A stretch of 64,000 nucleotides of DNA, taken from positions 4,736,001 through 4,800,000 of the forward strand of contig OZ244042.1 in the NCBI GenBank assembly GCA_965215015.1. The letters are read 5' to 3'. Numbering within the stretch: position 1 is the stretch's first letter; each line of letters opens with the position of its first letter. The notes under the pieces were generated by a model that saw only the letters and a list, made by a program, of their open reading frames with translations, was not told the DNA's origin and made no database searches. This DNA is from Candidatus Poribacteria bacterium (GTDB taxonomy: Bacteria > Poribacteria > WGA-4E > PCPOR2b). Shown one piece after another: positions 40,855 through 51,034 of the stretch. Made by a program: the position numbers and the translations under genes.

Positions 40855-42321
40855 TTGAAATATGAATGGTTTATTGCAGCCCGTTATCTGAAATCACGGC
40901 GCAAACAGGCATTTATCTCAATCATCAGTATTATTTCCGTGAGTGGGGTTGCCCTTGGCATCGCTGCCGTTATTATCGTCGTCTCCGCGTTAGAGGGTTT
41001 TAGTCATGAGATGAAAGAGAAGTTCCTCGCCAATGAAGCCCATGTCATCGTTAGATCGATATATAACTATTTTTCAAATTATCAGGAAAGGATTGAGCAG
41101 ATCGAAGCAATTGAAGGGGTCGTTGCCGCCTCTCCCGTGATTCTCAATCAACTTGCCATTCAACCCCAGGGCAGCGAGGAAATTGACGCGGGCATTTACG
41201 TCAAAGGGATTGATTTGCAAGCAGAAGATCGCGTCACAGGATTTTCAAATTTTGTGGCTGATTTTGACACATTCAATCAATCGCAGTTCATTGATGAAGC
41301 GCGAAACCGTTTGGCTGGCAAGGAGACAATCACCGGCGGTATTGTTTTAGGTTATCATATCGCAAGACGGATCGGCGTCGTGCCAGGCGACGTTCTTCGC
41401 CTTATCTCCAAGATGGTGCCAAATCCCGCTAATCCTGGGTCTTTTATGCCGTTAATGCGTAATTTTGTTGTTGTTGGGCTTTACCAGTCAGGGATTTACA
41501 TACACGACCAAGCACTCGGTTTTATCGATTTACAAACTGCCCAGAAGCTCTACCAAAAACCGGGTCAGATCAACCTCATTGAGGTGCGCCTCGTTCATGC
41601 AGATATGGCACCGCGGGTCAGTAATCAAATCAAACAAGTGATTCGTTTTAATCCAGGTCTGGGCGCGATACCGATAACAACAACTTGGATGGAATCGCGG
41701 GCGGAGTTTTTTGAAGCCATCCAGCTTGAGAAAATCGTCACAATGATTGTCGTCGCGCTAATCATTCTTGTGGCGGTGTTCAATATCGCAAGCACACTCA
41801 TCATGATGGTTATGGAAAAAACGCAGGACATCGGCATTCTCAGAGCAATGGGAGCGTCGAAGCAAGGAATCAGAAAAATCTTTATTCTCCAAGGTGGGAT
41901 TATCGGTATCTTGGGGGCTATTTTGGGGACCGTGCTCGGTGTGTATGTCTGTTGGCGATTTGAGTTCCAAGTCGGCAGTTTTCCACGTTGGTACGGTCTT
42001 CTGATTCTGTTGATTCCCGTTGCCCTACAAGTGTCCCGGCGCATATTGTCCCTGCCTATTAACGCAACGGTGCTGCTTCTACTCTGGTGTGGCACCGTCG
42101 GTCTGTCCCTCTATTTTATCGCGCAACCGATTTACCTCGATAACATCCTCGGAAAAAATTTGAGCGGCGTCTATCAGCTGAACCGATTGCCGGTCAAAAT
42201 TAGTTGGGGCTTTGTTGTCCTTATGAACCTCCTGTCAATGGCGACCTGCTGGCTTGCGGCACTGTATCCGGCAAGGAAGGCTTCCTATCTAAACCCAGTC
42301 GAGGCACTTCGACATGAATAA
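40855..42321 (+). CDS. lolE: lipoprotein-releasing ABC transporter permease LolC/E
   Basis: FIAARYL...FISIIS, MMVMEKTQDIGILRAMGA and LYPARKA..NPVEALRHE; overlaps lolD. Confidence 0.88.
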   Translation: MKYEWFIAARYLKSRRKQAFISIISIISVSGVALGIAAVIIVVSALEGFSHEMKEKFLANEAHVIVRSIYNYFSNYQERIEQIEAIEGVVAASPVILNQLAIQPQGSEEIDAGIYVKGIDLQAEDRVTGFSNFVADFDTFNQSQFIDEARNRLAGKETITGGIVLGYHIARRIGVVPGDVLRLISKMVPNPANPGSFMPLMRNFVVVGLYQSGIYIHDQALGFIDLQTAQKLYQKPGQINLIEVRLVHADMAPRVSNQIKQVIRFNPGLGAIPITTTWMESRAEFFEAIQLEKIVTMIVVALIILVAVFNIASTLIMMVMEKTQDIGILRAMGASKQGIRKIFILQGGIIGILGAILGTVLGVYVCWRFEFQVGSFPRWYGLLILLIPVALQVSRRILSLPINATVLLLLWCGTVGLSLYFIAQPIYLDNILGKNLSGVYQLNRLPVKISWGFVVLMNLLSMATCWLAALYPARKASYLNPVEALRHE

Positions 42322-42994
42322 CCTTATCCGTGCTGTTGACCTATGTAAGTCTTACTACGATGGCTTAACAGAGCTTCCCGTACTTAAAGGAATCGATTTG
42401 GGGGTCAGAAAGGCGGAGATTGTAGCAATTGTCGGGGCTTCCGGTGTCGGGAAAAGTACGTTGCTTCACCTGCTTGGCGGGTTGGATCGACCGACGGAGG
42501 GAACAATCTTCTATGAAGGAGAGGACATCTTCGCGTTGAGCGATCAGGCATTAGATCAATTTCGCAACGAAGAGATTGGCTTTGTTTTTCAGTTTCATTA
42601 CCTCCTACCAGAGTTTACTGCGCTTGAAAACGTTGCAATGCCGGGGTTGATTGCTCGACAAAAATCGGATGTCGCGCAGAATCGAGCCAAAGAGTTGCTA
42701 GCCTATGTCGGTTTAGGGGAGCGATTGGAGCATCGCCCGTCTGAGCTTTCTGGTGGCGAACGGCAACGTGTTGCCATAGCGCGTGCGCTAGTCAATCAGC
42801 CAAAGGTTGTGCTGGCGGATGAGCCGACAGGTAATCTTGACCAAAAAACGAGTGAAGCGGTGCACGATCTACTTTGGACACTCAATGACCAATTCAGCCA
42901 GACGTTTATCATCGTGACACATAACCAGACGCTCGCCCAACGTGCTGACCGGTTGATTCAGCTCGTGGATGGTCAGGCGTTTGAGCAAGTATAA
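42314..42994 (+). CDS. lolD: lipoprotein-releasing ABC transporter ATP-binding protein
   Basis: GASGVGKST, GFVFQFHYLLPEF, LSGGERQR and DEPTGNLD. Confidence 0.92.
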   Translation: MNNLIRAVDLCKSYYDGLTELPVLKGIDLGVRKAEIVAIVGASGVGKSTLLHLLGGLDRPTEGTIFYEGEDIFALSDQALDQFRNEEIGFVFQFHYLLPEFTALENVAMPGLIARQKSDVAQNRAKELLAYVGLGERLEHRPSELSGGERQRVAIARALVNQPKVVLADEPTGNLDQKTSEAVHDLLWTLNDQFSQTFIIVTHNQTLAQRADRLIQLVDGQAFEQV

Positions 42995-43062
42995 CTGTTA
43001 AGCTGCTAAATATGTGATGTGCAATACACGATTCGGCGATTCGCAGATTCGAGGAAAACGCT

Positions 43063-43948
43063 ATGTTGATTTATATTGATGGGGAATTTCTTCCGAAGGA
43101 AGAAGCAAAGATTTCTGTTTTTGATCACGGTCTACTCTACGGAGACGGGGTCTTTGAGGGCATCCGATCTTACAAGGGACGGGTCTTCAGGCTCGACGAG
43201 CACCTACAACGTCTCTACGATTCGGCAAAAGCCATTATGCTCGAAATCCCTATCTCCATTGAGAATATGGAAGAAGCGGTATTGAAGACACTCCGCCGGA
43301 ATCAGCTTCATGATGCCTATATTCGTTTGGTGGTGACTCGCGGTGTCGGCGACCTCGGCTTAGATCCGGATAAGTGCCCCGTACCGACCATTGTTATCAT
43401 CACAGATAAGATTACACTCTATCCTCCGAATTTCTACGAAGAGGGCTTGGAAATCGTCACAGTTTCCGTGCGCCGGAACTACGCGGAAGCGATTAGTCCT
43501 CGCATCAAATCGTTAAACTATCTCAACAATATCTTGGCAAAGATAGAAGGCAAACAGGCGGGCGTCGAAGAGGTGCTCATGCTGAATGCGGAAGGATATG
43601 TTGTCGAATGCAGCGGAGACAATATCTTTTTTGTTAAAGATAATGTGATTGTTACCCCCCCCCCCCCATCTCGGCATTTTGGAAGGAGTTACCCGCAATA
43701 CAGTTATCGACTTGGCACGCGAATTGGACATCACCGTCGAAGAAAAGGTGTTTACACGACACGACCTGTATACCGCCGAAGAATGCTTCCTTACGGGAAC
43801 TGCTGCAGAAGTCATTCCTGTTGTTAAAATAGACCAGCGCATCGTTGGGAATGGACATCCCGGCATCGTTACCCAAAAATTGATCGAAGAGTTTCACCAT
43901 ATTACGAATGTATTGGGAACCCCCATTTACCCTGTAAACGTCAGATAA
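43063..43948 (+). CDS. ilvE: branched-chain amino acid aminotransferase, frameshifted in a C13 tract
   Basis: [16 protein letters not shown]...KSLNYLNN in frame 1; GILEGVTR...TGTAAEV in the next frame; the break is at poly-C 43655-43667. Confidence 0.9.
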
Positions 43949-43981
43949 TTCGTACCACTAACACAATAGAGGAGATAAAAA

Positions 43982-46336
43982 ATGAAAGTGATATGCTGGC
44001 GGATCAGTTTATTAGCCGGATTGATATTCCTCACTCTATCCACAATTCCTGCTGCCGCCGATGAAGAACCGAAGGCGACAACTACTGACGAGACTTTAAC
44101 TGTAAAAGAGATTGAGTTCCAAGGAATAATGGAGGACTCAGAAGGTTTGATTAGTAGTATCATACAAACCCAAGTCGGCAAAGAGATTTCCCCTTACCTG
44201 TTATCGAAGGATATCAAAAACCTTTATAAAGATACTGGTTTTTTCGAGGAGATTGCCGTTGATGTCGACCCCGCTGAAGGGAGCGGATTAAAGGTTACAT
44301 ATCGAATGATCCCAAACCCGAAGATTGAAGGGAATATCAACATTATCGGCAATGAAGAATTGAAGTACAAAAAAATAAGAGCGGCAATTACTCTCAAACC
44401 GGGAGAACTTTACAACGACCGGCGACTCTGGGAAAGCAAGCAGAATATCCTGAAAACCTATAAAGAGGCGGGGTATTATTTGGCACAGGTGCAAACGGTT
44501 ACAGATATCGACCCAGACACGAACACAATAGCCGTTACATTTGAGATTACCGAAGGGCAACGGATTAAAGTCCAAGAAATCAATTTCATCGGTAATGATA
44601 ATATCACACCAAAATCATTGAGCAAGCAGATTAAAACGCGCACAGGAAAGCATTTCGATGAGAATTTCTTTGAGGAAGATTTGACCACTTTAATTCGATA
44701 CTACCAAGACGCGGGATTCAATCAAGCACGAATTTCTAAACATGAAAAACGATTTTCTGATGATAAAACAGAACTGATGCTCGACATCACTATTGATGAG
44801 GGGCCTCAGTTTATTATTGGAAAGTATACGGTCGAACTCATGCAATCCGAAAAACCCGCGTTTTCCGAAGAAAAGGTGCGTGATATGTTGAGCCCCGCTG
44901 AAGGAGAAATTTTTAATCGCGGAGAGTTTGAGGAGACACTCAGGGAGATTGAGGGGGCATACCAAAACAAAGGATACCTGCTGTCACGAGTGGATGCGGA
45001 TCCCAATTTTGATGAAGTCAACGGTATTGTCGATTTGACGCTAAACATCACCGAAGGCGATGTCATCATCATCGGCACCGTGCATATCAACGGTTTAGAA
45101 AAAACAAAGGACAATGTTATCCGCCGCGAGCTGGACCAATTAGATATTAAGCCCGGGGAATTTTACGACGTGCAAGCCCTGCGAAAAGCACGGCAGCGAA
45201 TCTTTCGGATGGGATCTTTCGTTCGGAACGTTGAGTTCGTTCCGAGTCAGTCCGAAGGTGCTATCCGAGATTTGATTGTCACTCTCACCGAAACACCACG
45301 TACCGGTCTGCTCAGTCTTGGAGGGGGCTACGGCACAGAAGGGGGCATCTTCGGTGTGGCGCAGATTGGTGAAAATAATCTCTGGGGACGCGCCTATCGG
45401 GTGCATCTGAAAGGTGAGTTGGGCAGGCGAGAGCACCATACGGGCGAGCTTCGCTTCAGCACCCCTTGGATTTTGGGCACACCGACGCGCCTCAGCACTA
45501 GCCTATACAACACCCAGCGTTCGTATCGATACCCTTCTAGCTACTCTCAACTTAGCAATTATGCAGATTACGATAGATATAGCTACAAACGTGTTGGTGG
45601 TTCTTTAACGTTTGGACGCCCCCTATCCAAAGATATGGATTTATCAATTCGCCTAAAAAATGAATCTGTTGATGCAGATCGCATTGCTGTGGACGGCGAG
45701 GAAAGAAATATCCGAGACCGTCTCACCCGCAGTATCACTTTCAACCTGTCCAGGGACACACGCGACTATCAGAGAAGCCTTCATGAACCTGTCTCCGGCT
45801 CGCTCAACACGCTTTCTTATGAATATGCCGGTGGATTCTTCGGTGCGGATAACAAGTTTCAGAGGTATACTGCGGATTCAAGTTGGTTCTTCACCGGTTG
45901 GTTTAACCATGTCCTAGCGAGCCATATACGAGGTTCATACCTGAATAGCAAAAGCTCCGATTGGGAATATCTTTTCTATGAGCGTTACCGGCTTGGAGGC
46001 ATCGACACGGTCCGCGGTTATGAGGATTATGAGATTTTTCCCATCAACGCAAACGGCACTATTAATTATAATGGGGGTAACAAGGTCCTCTATGCAAATT
46101 TGGAATATCGGATTCCATTTGCAAACCAGTTGACCGGCGTTGTCTTTTTTGATGTAGGACAGGTGTGGGATGAAAGCGTCACCAACATCTTCAGAGATTT
46201 TAATTTTAAGAAAGGCGCGGGCGTCGGTATCCGCTTTGATCTGATGGGCATGTTGGTACGTTTTGAAACCGGCTACGGGTTTGATCGAATTGAACCCGAA
46301 TGGAAATTTCACATCACAGTTGGTCCCGGCTTTTAG
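43982..46336 (+). CDS. bamA: outer membrane protein assembly factor BamA
   Basis: Signal peptide, POTRA repeats (KTKDNVIRRE), VRGY motif and C-terminal Phe. Confidence 0.93.
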   Translation: MKVICWRISLLAGLIFLTLSTIPAAADEEPKATTTDETLTVKEIEFQGIMEDSEGLISSIIQTQVGKEISPYLLSKDIKNLYKDTGFFEEIAVDVDPAEGSGLKVTYRMIPNPKIEGNINIIGNEELKYKKIRAAITLKPGELYNDRRLWESKQNILKTYKEAGYYLAQVQTVTDIDPDTNTIAVTFEITEGQRIKVQEINFIGNDNITPKSLSKQIKTRTGKHFDENFFEEDLTTLIRYYQDAGFNQARISKHEKRFSDDKTELMLDITIDEGPQFIIGKYTVELMQSEKPAFSEEKVRDMLSPAEGEIFNRGEFEETLREIEGAYQNKGYLLSRVDADPNFDEVNGIVDLTLNITEGDVIIIGTVHINGLEKTKDNVIRRELDQLDIKPGEFYDVQALRKARQRIFRMGSFVRNVEFVPSQSEGAIRDLIVTLTETPRTGLLSLGGGYGTEGGIFGVAQIGENNLWGRAYRVHLKGELGRREHHTGELRFSTPWILGTPTRLSTSLYNTQRSYRYPSSYSQLSNYADYDRYSYKRVGGSLTFGRPLSKDMDLSIRLKNESVDADRIAVDGEERNIRDRLTRSITFNLSRDTRDYQRSLHEPVSGSLNTLSYEYAGGFFGADNKFQRYTADSSWFFTGWFNHVLASHIRGSYLNSKSSDWEYLFYERYRLGGIDTVRGYEDYEIFPINANGTINYNGGNKVLYANLEYRIPFANQLTGVVFFDVGQVWDESVTNIFRDFNFKKGAGVGIRFDLMGMLVRFETGYGFDRIEPEWKFHITVGPGF

Positions 46337-46414
46337 CGGAAATGAAGTATTAAGGGCCCCTAAAATAGCAACGATCCCACGAACAAATTCGGGGATCCAC
46401 AACACGGAGGTTTT

Positions 46415-47026
46415 ATGAATCGAGTTTTGAAGTTATGCCTAGGATTCAGTGTAATCCTATTCGGATCCTTTAATCTGGGTTTCGGTGCCGCGGCAGAAAA
46501 CGGTCTCAAGTTAGGCGTTGTTGACACACAAAGGGTATATGAAAATTTTACAAAAGCCCAAGAAGCCAATGATATTCTGAAAACTGCCGAAGAGCGCTTG
46601 AGAAATCAACTCAACGATATTCGGCAAGAAATCGACACAATGCAGGAACGTCTGATGAAGCAGAAGCTGTTTCTTGATGCCTCTGAAACTGAGACCTTAC
46701 AAGTCGATATTGGTCGCAAAAGGCAAGAATTTCAGCGCGAACTGGAAATTGGCGAAGAATCGTTCCTAGCGAAACGTGAGGAATTGCTTGCACCGATAAC
46801 ACAGGAGATAGAGACCCTGCTTCAACAAATCGGTGAGAGCGAAGGATACAGTCTTATCCTTGAGAAACGTCTAGGGATATTTTATGTTGATTCAAAGTAC
46901 GATTTGACAGAGAGGGTCATCACGCTACTGAACGCGGCATACGAAAAAGAAAAATCAAAGGACGCTCAACAATCGGCGACTCCCCCTGAAACAGAGACAG
47001 GAAAGGAAGGGGAAAGGAATAATTGA
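46415..47026 (+). CDS. skp: OmpH/Skp periplasmic chaperone
   Basis: KLGVVD, coiled coil, GYSLILE..YDLT; lies between bamA and lpxD. Confidence 0.88.
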   Translation: MNRVLKLCLGFSVILFGSFNLGFGAAAENGLKLGVVDTQRVYENFTKAQEANDILKTAEERLRNQLNDIRQEIDTMQERLMKQKLFLDASETETLQVDIGRKRQEFQRELEIGEESFLAKREELLAPITQEIETLLQQIGESEGYSLILEKRLGIFYVDSKYDLTERVITLLNAAYEKEKSKDAQQSATPPETETGKEGERNN

Positions 47027-47096
47027 CGGTTGCCCCCTGGCCCCCATGATGAAGATAACCTGCTGATACCACGGGGCGGTCTACCCCCAAGCTATT

Positions 47097-48161
47097 ATGG
47101 TAAAAACACTCAAAGAGATTAACGAATTAATCGATGGGGAGTTGTTAGGCGACGGCGAAATCGAGATTATCGGCGTTTCCGGGATTAAAGAGGCGAGAAA
47201 GCAGGAACTCACGTTTGTTGCTAACTCGAAGTACCTGCGTGAAATAGAACGCACACAGGCTTCTGCGATTATCGTTGGTCAGGACCTCCCCTATAACGGC
47301 ATACCGCTTATTCGCGTCGCTAATCCGTACTTTGCCTTTGTAAAAGTCTTAGAGATGTTTGCATGGCGCAAACGGAAAACAGCGTACGGCATTCATGAAA
47401 CCGCAATTATTGGCGAGCATGTTCAGATCGGCGAGATGGTATCCATTCAAGCTTATACCTATATCGGCGATAATGTCCAAATCGGCGATGGGGCAATTAT
47501 CAGTCCCTTTGTGTACATCGGCGATGATACGAAAATTGGTAATGAAACCCTCATTTACCCCAACGTGACAATCCGTGAGGATGTCGAGATTGGCAATCGA
47601 GTCATCCTTCACAGCGGAGTCGTCATCGGCAGTGATGGCTTCGGTTTCGCTTCCGTCAGCGACCGTCACCACAAAATACCGCAAATCGGTACGGTTATCA
47701 TCGAAGATGATGTCGAAATCGGTGCAAATACAACGGTTGATCGTGCCACGATGACCAACGGCGCAACAATCATCAAACGAGGCACAAAACTCGATAACCT
47801 GATACAGATTGCCCATAATGTGGTGATTGGCGAAGATTGCTGTATTGCCGCCCAAACCGGTATCGCTGGAAGTGCTGAATTGAAAGATCGCGTGACGATG
47901 GCTGGGCACTCTGGAGCTGTGGGGCATATCACCATTGGGGAAGATAGCACCGTTTTTGCTAAATCAGCGGTGACCAAGAATCTCCCCGCGGGGAGTTACG
48001 TATCCGGTTTTCCCGCAGAAAACCACGCACAGCAATTGCGTATCCAAGCCTCTCTACGCCGAATGCCAGAAATGTTGCAAGCGTTCTCGCGGCTCCAAAA
48101 ACGGGTCGCTCAACTGGAAGCGCAACTTGACGCAAGCGGCAAAGAATCGTCCGATTCGTAG
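47097..48161 (+). CDS. lpxD: UDP-3-O-acyl-glucosamine N-acyltransferase
   Basis: Hexapeptide repeats, [24 protein letters not shown] and DNLIQIAHN. Confidence 0.96.
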   Translation: MVKTLKEINELIDGELLGDGEIEIIGVSGIKEARKQELTFVANSKYLREIERTQASAIIVGQDLPYNGIPLIRVANPYFAFVKVLEMFAWRKRKTAYGIHETAIIGEHVQIGEMVSIQAYTYIGDNVQIGDGAIISPFVYIGDDTKIGNETLIYPNVTIREDVEIGNRVILHSGVVIGSDGFGFASVSDRHHKIPQIGTVIIEDDVEIGANTTVDRATMTNGATIIKRGTKLDNLIQIAHNVVIGEDCCIAAQTGIAGSAELKDRVTMAGHSGAVGHITIGEDSTVFAKSAVTKNLPAGSYVSGFPAENHAQQLRIQASLRRMPEMLQAFSRLQKRVAQLEAQLDASGKESSDS

Positions 48162-48271
48162 CGTTGCACCCTTACATATCTAATCCACAAGATTAAACAA
48201 AAACAAACTTAAAACGGGTGTCTCCTCCCACGTCTAAGGACCTGGGCATCCACACCCAAAGGAGTTTTTTG

Positions 48272-49249
48272 ATGATAAAATGTGCACTCATCAGTGGCAG
48301 GGGTATGGGCTTGATGCACGGCGGAAACTTCCACGACCATCCCGATGCCGAAGTTGTCGCTGTCTGCGATATGGACCCTGAACTACTCACCGCAGCCAAA
48401 GAAAAGTTTGGTGTCCCCGGATATTCAAGTATTGAAGAACTGCTCACTAACTGTGATGTCGACCTGATGCTCCTGATCGTCAATGAAACCCGGCGTATCC
48501 CGCCGTTGCGCCAGCTTCTCGCAGCAGGTCAGAATGTGTTCACCGAAAAACCCCTCTGCGGTCTAGAAGGTCAGTTTCGTGTCAGAGAGGATGATCTCCC
48601 TATCGCAGCAGCGGCAATCTCCGAATGGCGAGATTCGGGGCTAAAATTCGGTATCGACTTCAATTACCGTTTCATGACCCACTTCCGAAAACTGCACGAT
48701 GATACCGTCGAAGGGCGATTAGGGGAGATACGGATGGTGCGTGCCCGGGCACATTTCAACTGCTGGTCGCATGTTATTGATCAAATCCTCTGGAATATGG
48801 GACGCCCCGAATGGGTCAGCGTCATGGGCGATCCAAGTCAAGAGGGTGGCTGGCAGCGCATGATTCAGATGGAGTGGGCAAACGGTGCGATTGGTTCACT
48901 GGCTGGAAGCAACCTATGGGGGTACGACGACCATCCACTGCGCGTCATGATTGTCGGCGACGAACGCTACGCCGAGGCCCGCGGTTTAGAGGGGTGGTAT
49001 CGGCGGCGCGAAGCCAATACTTCTGAAGATGAAGAACTTTGGGAATCCGAGGAGGGAGATAGTTATCAAACATCCTTCTCGCGTATGGCTGACGGCGTGG
49101 TCAAAGCTATGCACGCAAACGAATCGTTCCCGGCAGATGGAGAAGCTGCATGGAATGAACTGATATTCGAGGGCGCAGTCCATCGGTCAGCATTGAACAA
49201 CGGCGAGCGGGTGTGGTTGGCTGACGTGGAAAAAGCGGCAATGGGTTAA
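48272..49249 (+). CDS. Gfo/Idh/MocA family oxidoreductase
   Basis: GRGMGLMH, VAVCD, FTEKP and FNYRF; start at ATG 48272 after GGAG. Confidence 0.82.
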   Translation: MIKCALISGRGMGLMHGGNFHDHPDAEVVAVCDMDPELLTAAKEKFGVPGYSSIEELLTNCDVDLMLLIVNETRRIPPLRQLLAAGQNVFTEKPLCGLEGQFRVREDDLPIAAAAISEWRDSGLKFGIDFNYRFMTHFRKLHDDTVEGRLGEIRMVRARAHFNCWSHVIDQILWNMGRPEWVSVMGDPSQEGGWQRMIQMEWANGAIGSLAGSNLWGYDDHPLRVMIVGDERYAEARGLEGWYRRREANTSEDEELWESEEGDSYQTSFSRMADGVVKAMHANESFPADGEAAWNELIFEGAVHRSALNNGERVWLADVEKAAMG

Positions 49250-49451
49250 ATAATAACGCAAGGCCCTAGTAGTAGGCATACTCGGTCCCGAAGAATCAGG
49301 ATTCAAAGCAATATGCCGCAACCCTTGTGCAAATCTACCCGTAGGTGGGATCTTGCCCGATCCCAACGATCCAAATCGTGGCGCAGGTTTCCTAACCTGT
49401 AATAGTCCCGATTTGATCAGGAGAACCGACCTGTGATTACTTCTCCTTGCT

Positions 49452-50567
49452 TTATCCCCCGTCCAACTGCTTGATGAGCGGATGACGGCGGTCCTCCAAC
49501 GGCAGGTAGGCTCTCGCCTTGGTAAAATGGGACTCATAGACAGCACTGACGCACTCCAAAGAGGTCAGTGCTTTGGAACCACCGAGCTCCGGCTGCCGGT
49601 GTTCGCGGATCGCGTTTACCATGTCCTGTACACTCCAAATCGAATGCCTACCCGACCACGGGCGACCGTCAATGACAAAGACTTCTTGGGGAAGTAGAAT
49701 ACGCTCCCATTGGGGAGTATGCGCAGCAAATGAAACGTCAAAGGGGCAATGCCACATCTCATCTACCCCAGTTTGAGGATTCGGCTTAATCATCAGTTGT
49801 CCCTGACTCCCTAAAATGTGGGGCCCCATCATCCAACCTTGTAACGGGTCCCGGCGATAGAGTTCAACTAAACCACTCGCACCCCGCTTCCCACCGAGAT
49901 GAATCGTCATTATATCGCCTGCCACCATTCCGTTGTCGCGCCGATCTGTTTTGCAGAGCTTGCTACTGTGCATGATGTCCTCAACACCGACGGCGTGTCC
50001 CCTATAGGTAGCCTGTGCGTGAACCCACTCAATACCGTCCATGAAGAAATCCATCTCGTCAAAGTAATGGACACCCATCTCCATCAGCTCAAATCCGGCT
50101 TCACGCCCCTTGCCCACCTCACGAATGGAACGAAATTCGCCAATCCGCCCCGATTCAATCCACTCCTTCGCATGACGGAATAGCGGCGTGAATCGATATT
50201 GATGACTAACCGCCAGCCGCACCTCTGCTTGTTTACAAGCCGCAACCATCTGATCGGCACTTTCGAGATCGGTGGAAAGCGGTTTTTCACTTAGGACATT
50301 TATACCAGCCGTCGCAGCAGCAATCGCAATCGGCGCGTGCAACGGCGCATGGGTGCAAACACTGACAACATCCAGCGTTTCCTTCTCAAACATTTCGAGG
50401 AAGTCGGTGTAGCGGTTGGACACCCCATACTCGTCCGCCCTTGCATTGAGTGCCGCGGGCTGAATATCGCACAGGGCGACAAGCTCCACCCCTTTCAGAT
50501 TTGCGTATGCGGTTGCATGACTCCGGCTGATTCCACCGCAGCCAACAATTCCAGCGCGTAACGTCAT
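49452..50567 (-). CDS. Gfo/Idh/MocA family oxidoreductase
   Basis: GIVGCGGIS, VCTHAPLH, SEKP and EMGVHYFD; start at ATG 50567 after GAAGG. Confidence 0.88.
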   Translation of the reverse strand: MTLRAGIVGCGGISRSHATAYANLKGVELVALCDIQPAALNARADEYGVSNRYTDFLEMFEKETLDVVSVCTHAPLHAPIAIAAATAGINVLSEKPLSTDLESADQMVAACKQAEVRLAVSHQYRFTPLFRHAKEWIESGRIGEFRSIREVGKGREAGFELMEMGVHYFDEMDFFMDGIEWVHAQATYRGHAVGVEDIMHSSKLCKTDRRDNGMVAGDIMTIHLGGKRGASGLVELYRRDPLQGWMMGPHILGSQGQLMIKPNPQTGVDEMWHCPFDVSFAAHTPQWERILLPQEVFVIDGRPWSGRHSIWSVQDMVNAIREHRQPELGGSKALTSLECVSAVYESHFTKARAYLPLEDRRHPLIKQLDGG

Positions 50568-50616
50568 GGATATACCTTCCTTTTCATTTTCGATGGATGT
50601 AATTGAAAAATTCTGT

Positions 50617-50949
50617 CTACGGTTGCGCTGATTCCGGCCCTTCAACGGTTATATTTGTCACAACATTGCGCGGTGGGGTTGCGCTGCGACTCGGAAAATC
50701 TTTAATGGTTTCATTGATGAGAGTTTTAATCATTGCCTTGGTACTTTCAAAAGGAATGCACTCCAAAACGATAAGCGATTGTTCAGGACTGAGCGGCTGC
50801 TCGTAACGCAATCCGTATTGAATCCCCATCTGTTTCAGTTCAGGCTCGACGCGCATCGAAATAAGCTTCTGTTCCTGGAGAGTAACCAACGCACTATCAA
50901 CGAAAAAATGGGTGTGAATCCACGCCTCCCTTTCATCAATAATCTTCAT
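50617..50949 (-). CDS. hypothetical protein
   Basis: 110-aa ORF with AAGGA RBS, co-oriented with its neighbours; no motif recognised. Confidence 0.6.
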   Translation of the reverse strand: MKIIDEREAWIHTHFFVDSALVTLQEQKLISMRVEPELKQMGIQYGLRYEQPLSPEQSLIVLECIPFESTKAMIKTLINETIKDFPSRSATPPRNVVTNITVEGPESAQP

Positions 50950-51034
50950 AGATTTTTTCCTTTCTTAATACTACCCCACAGATTGGATCGGAGCGAATCC
51001 AATTCTCAGCCACAAACTATCATCAGGAAATATC

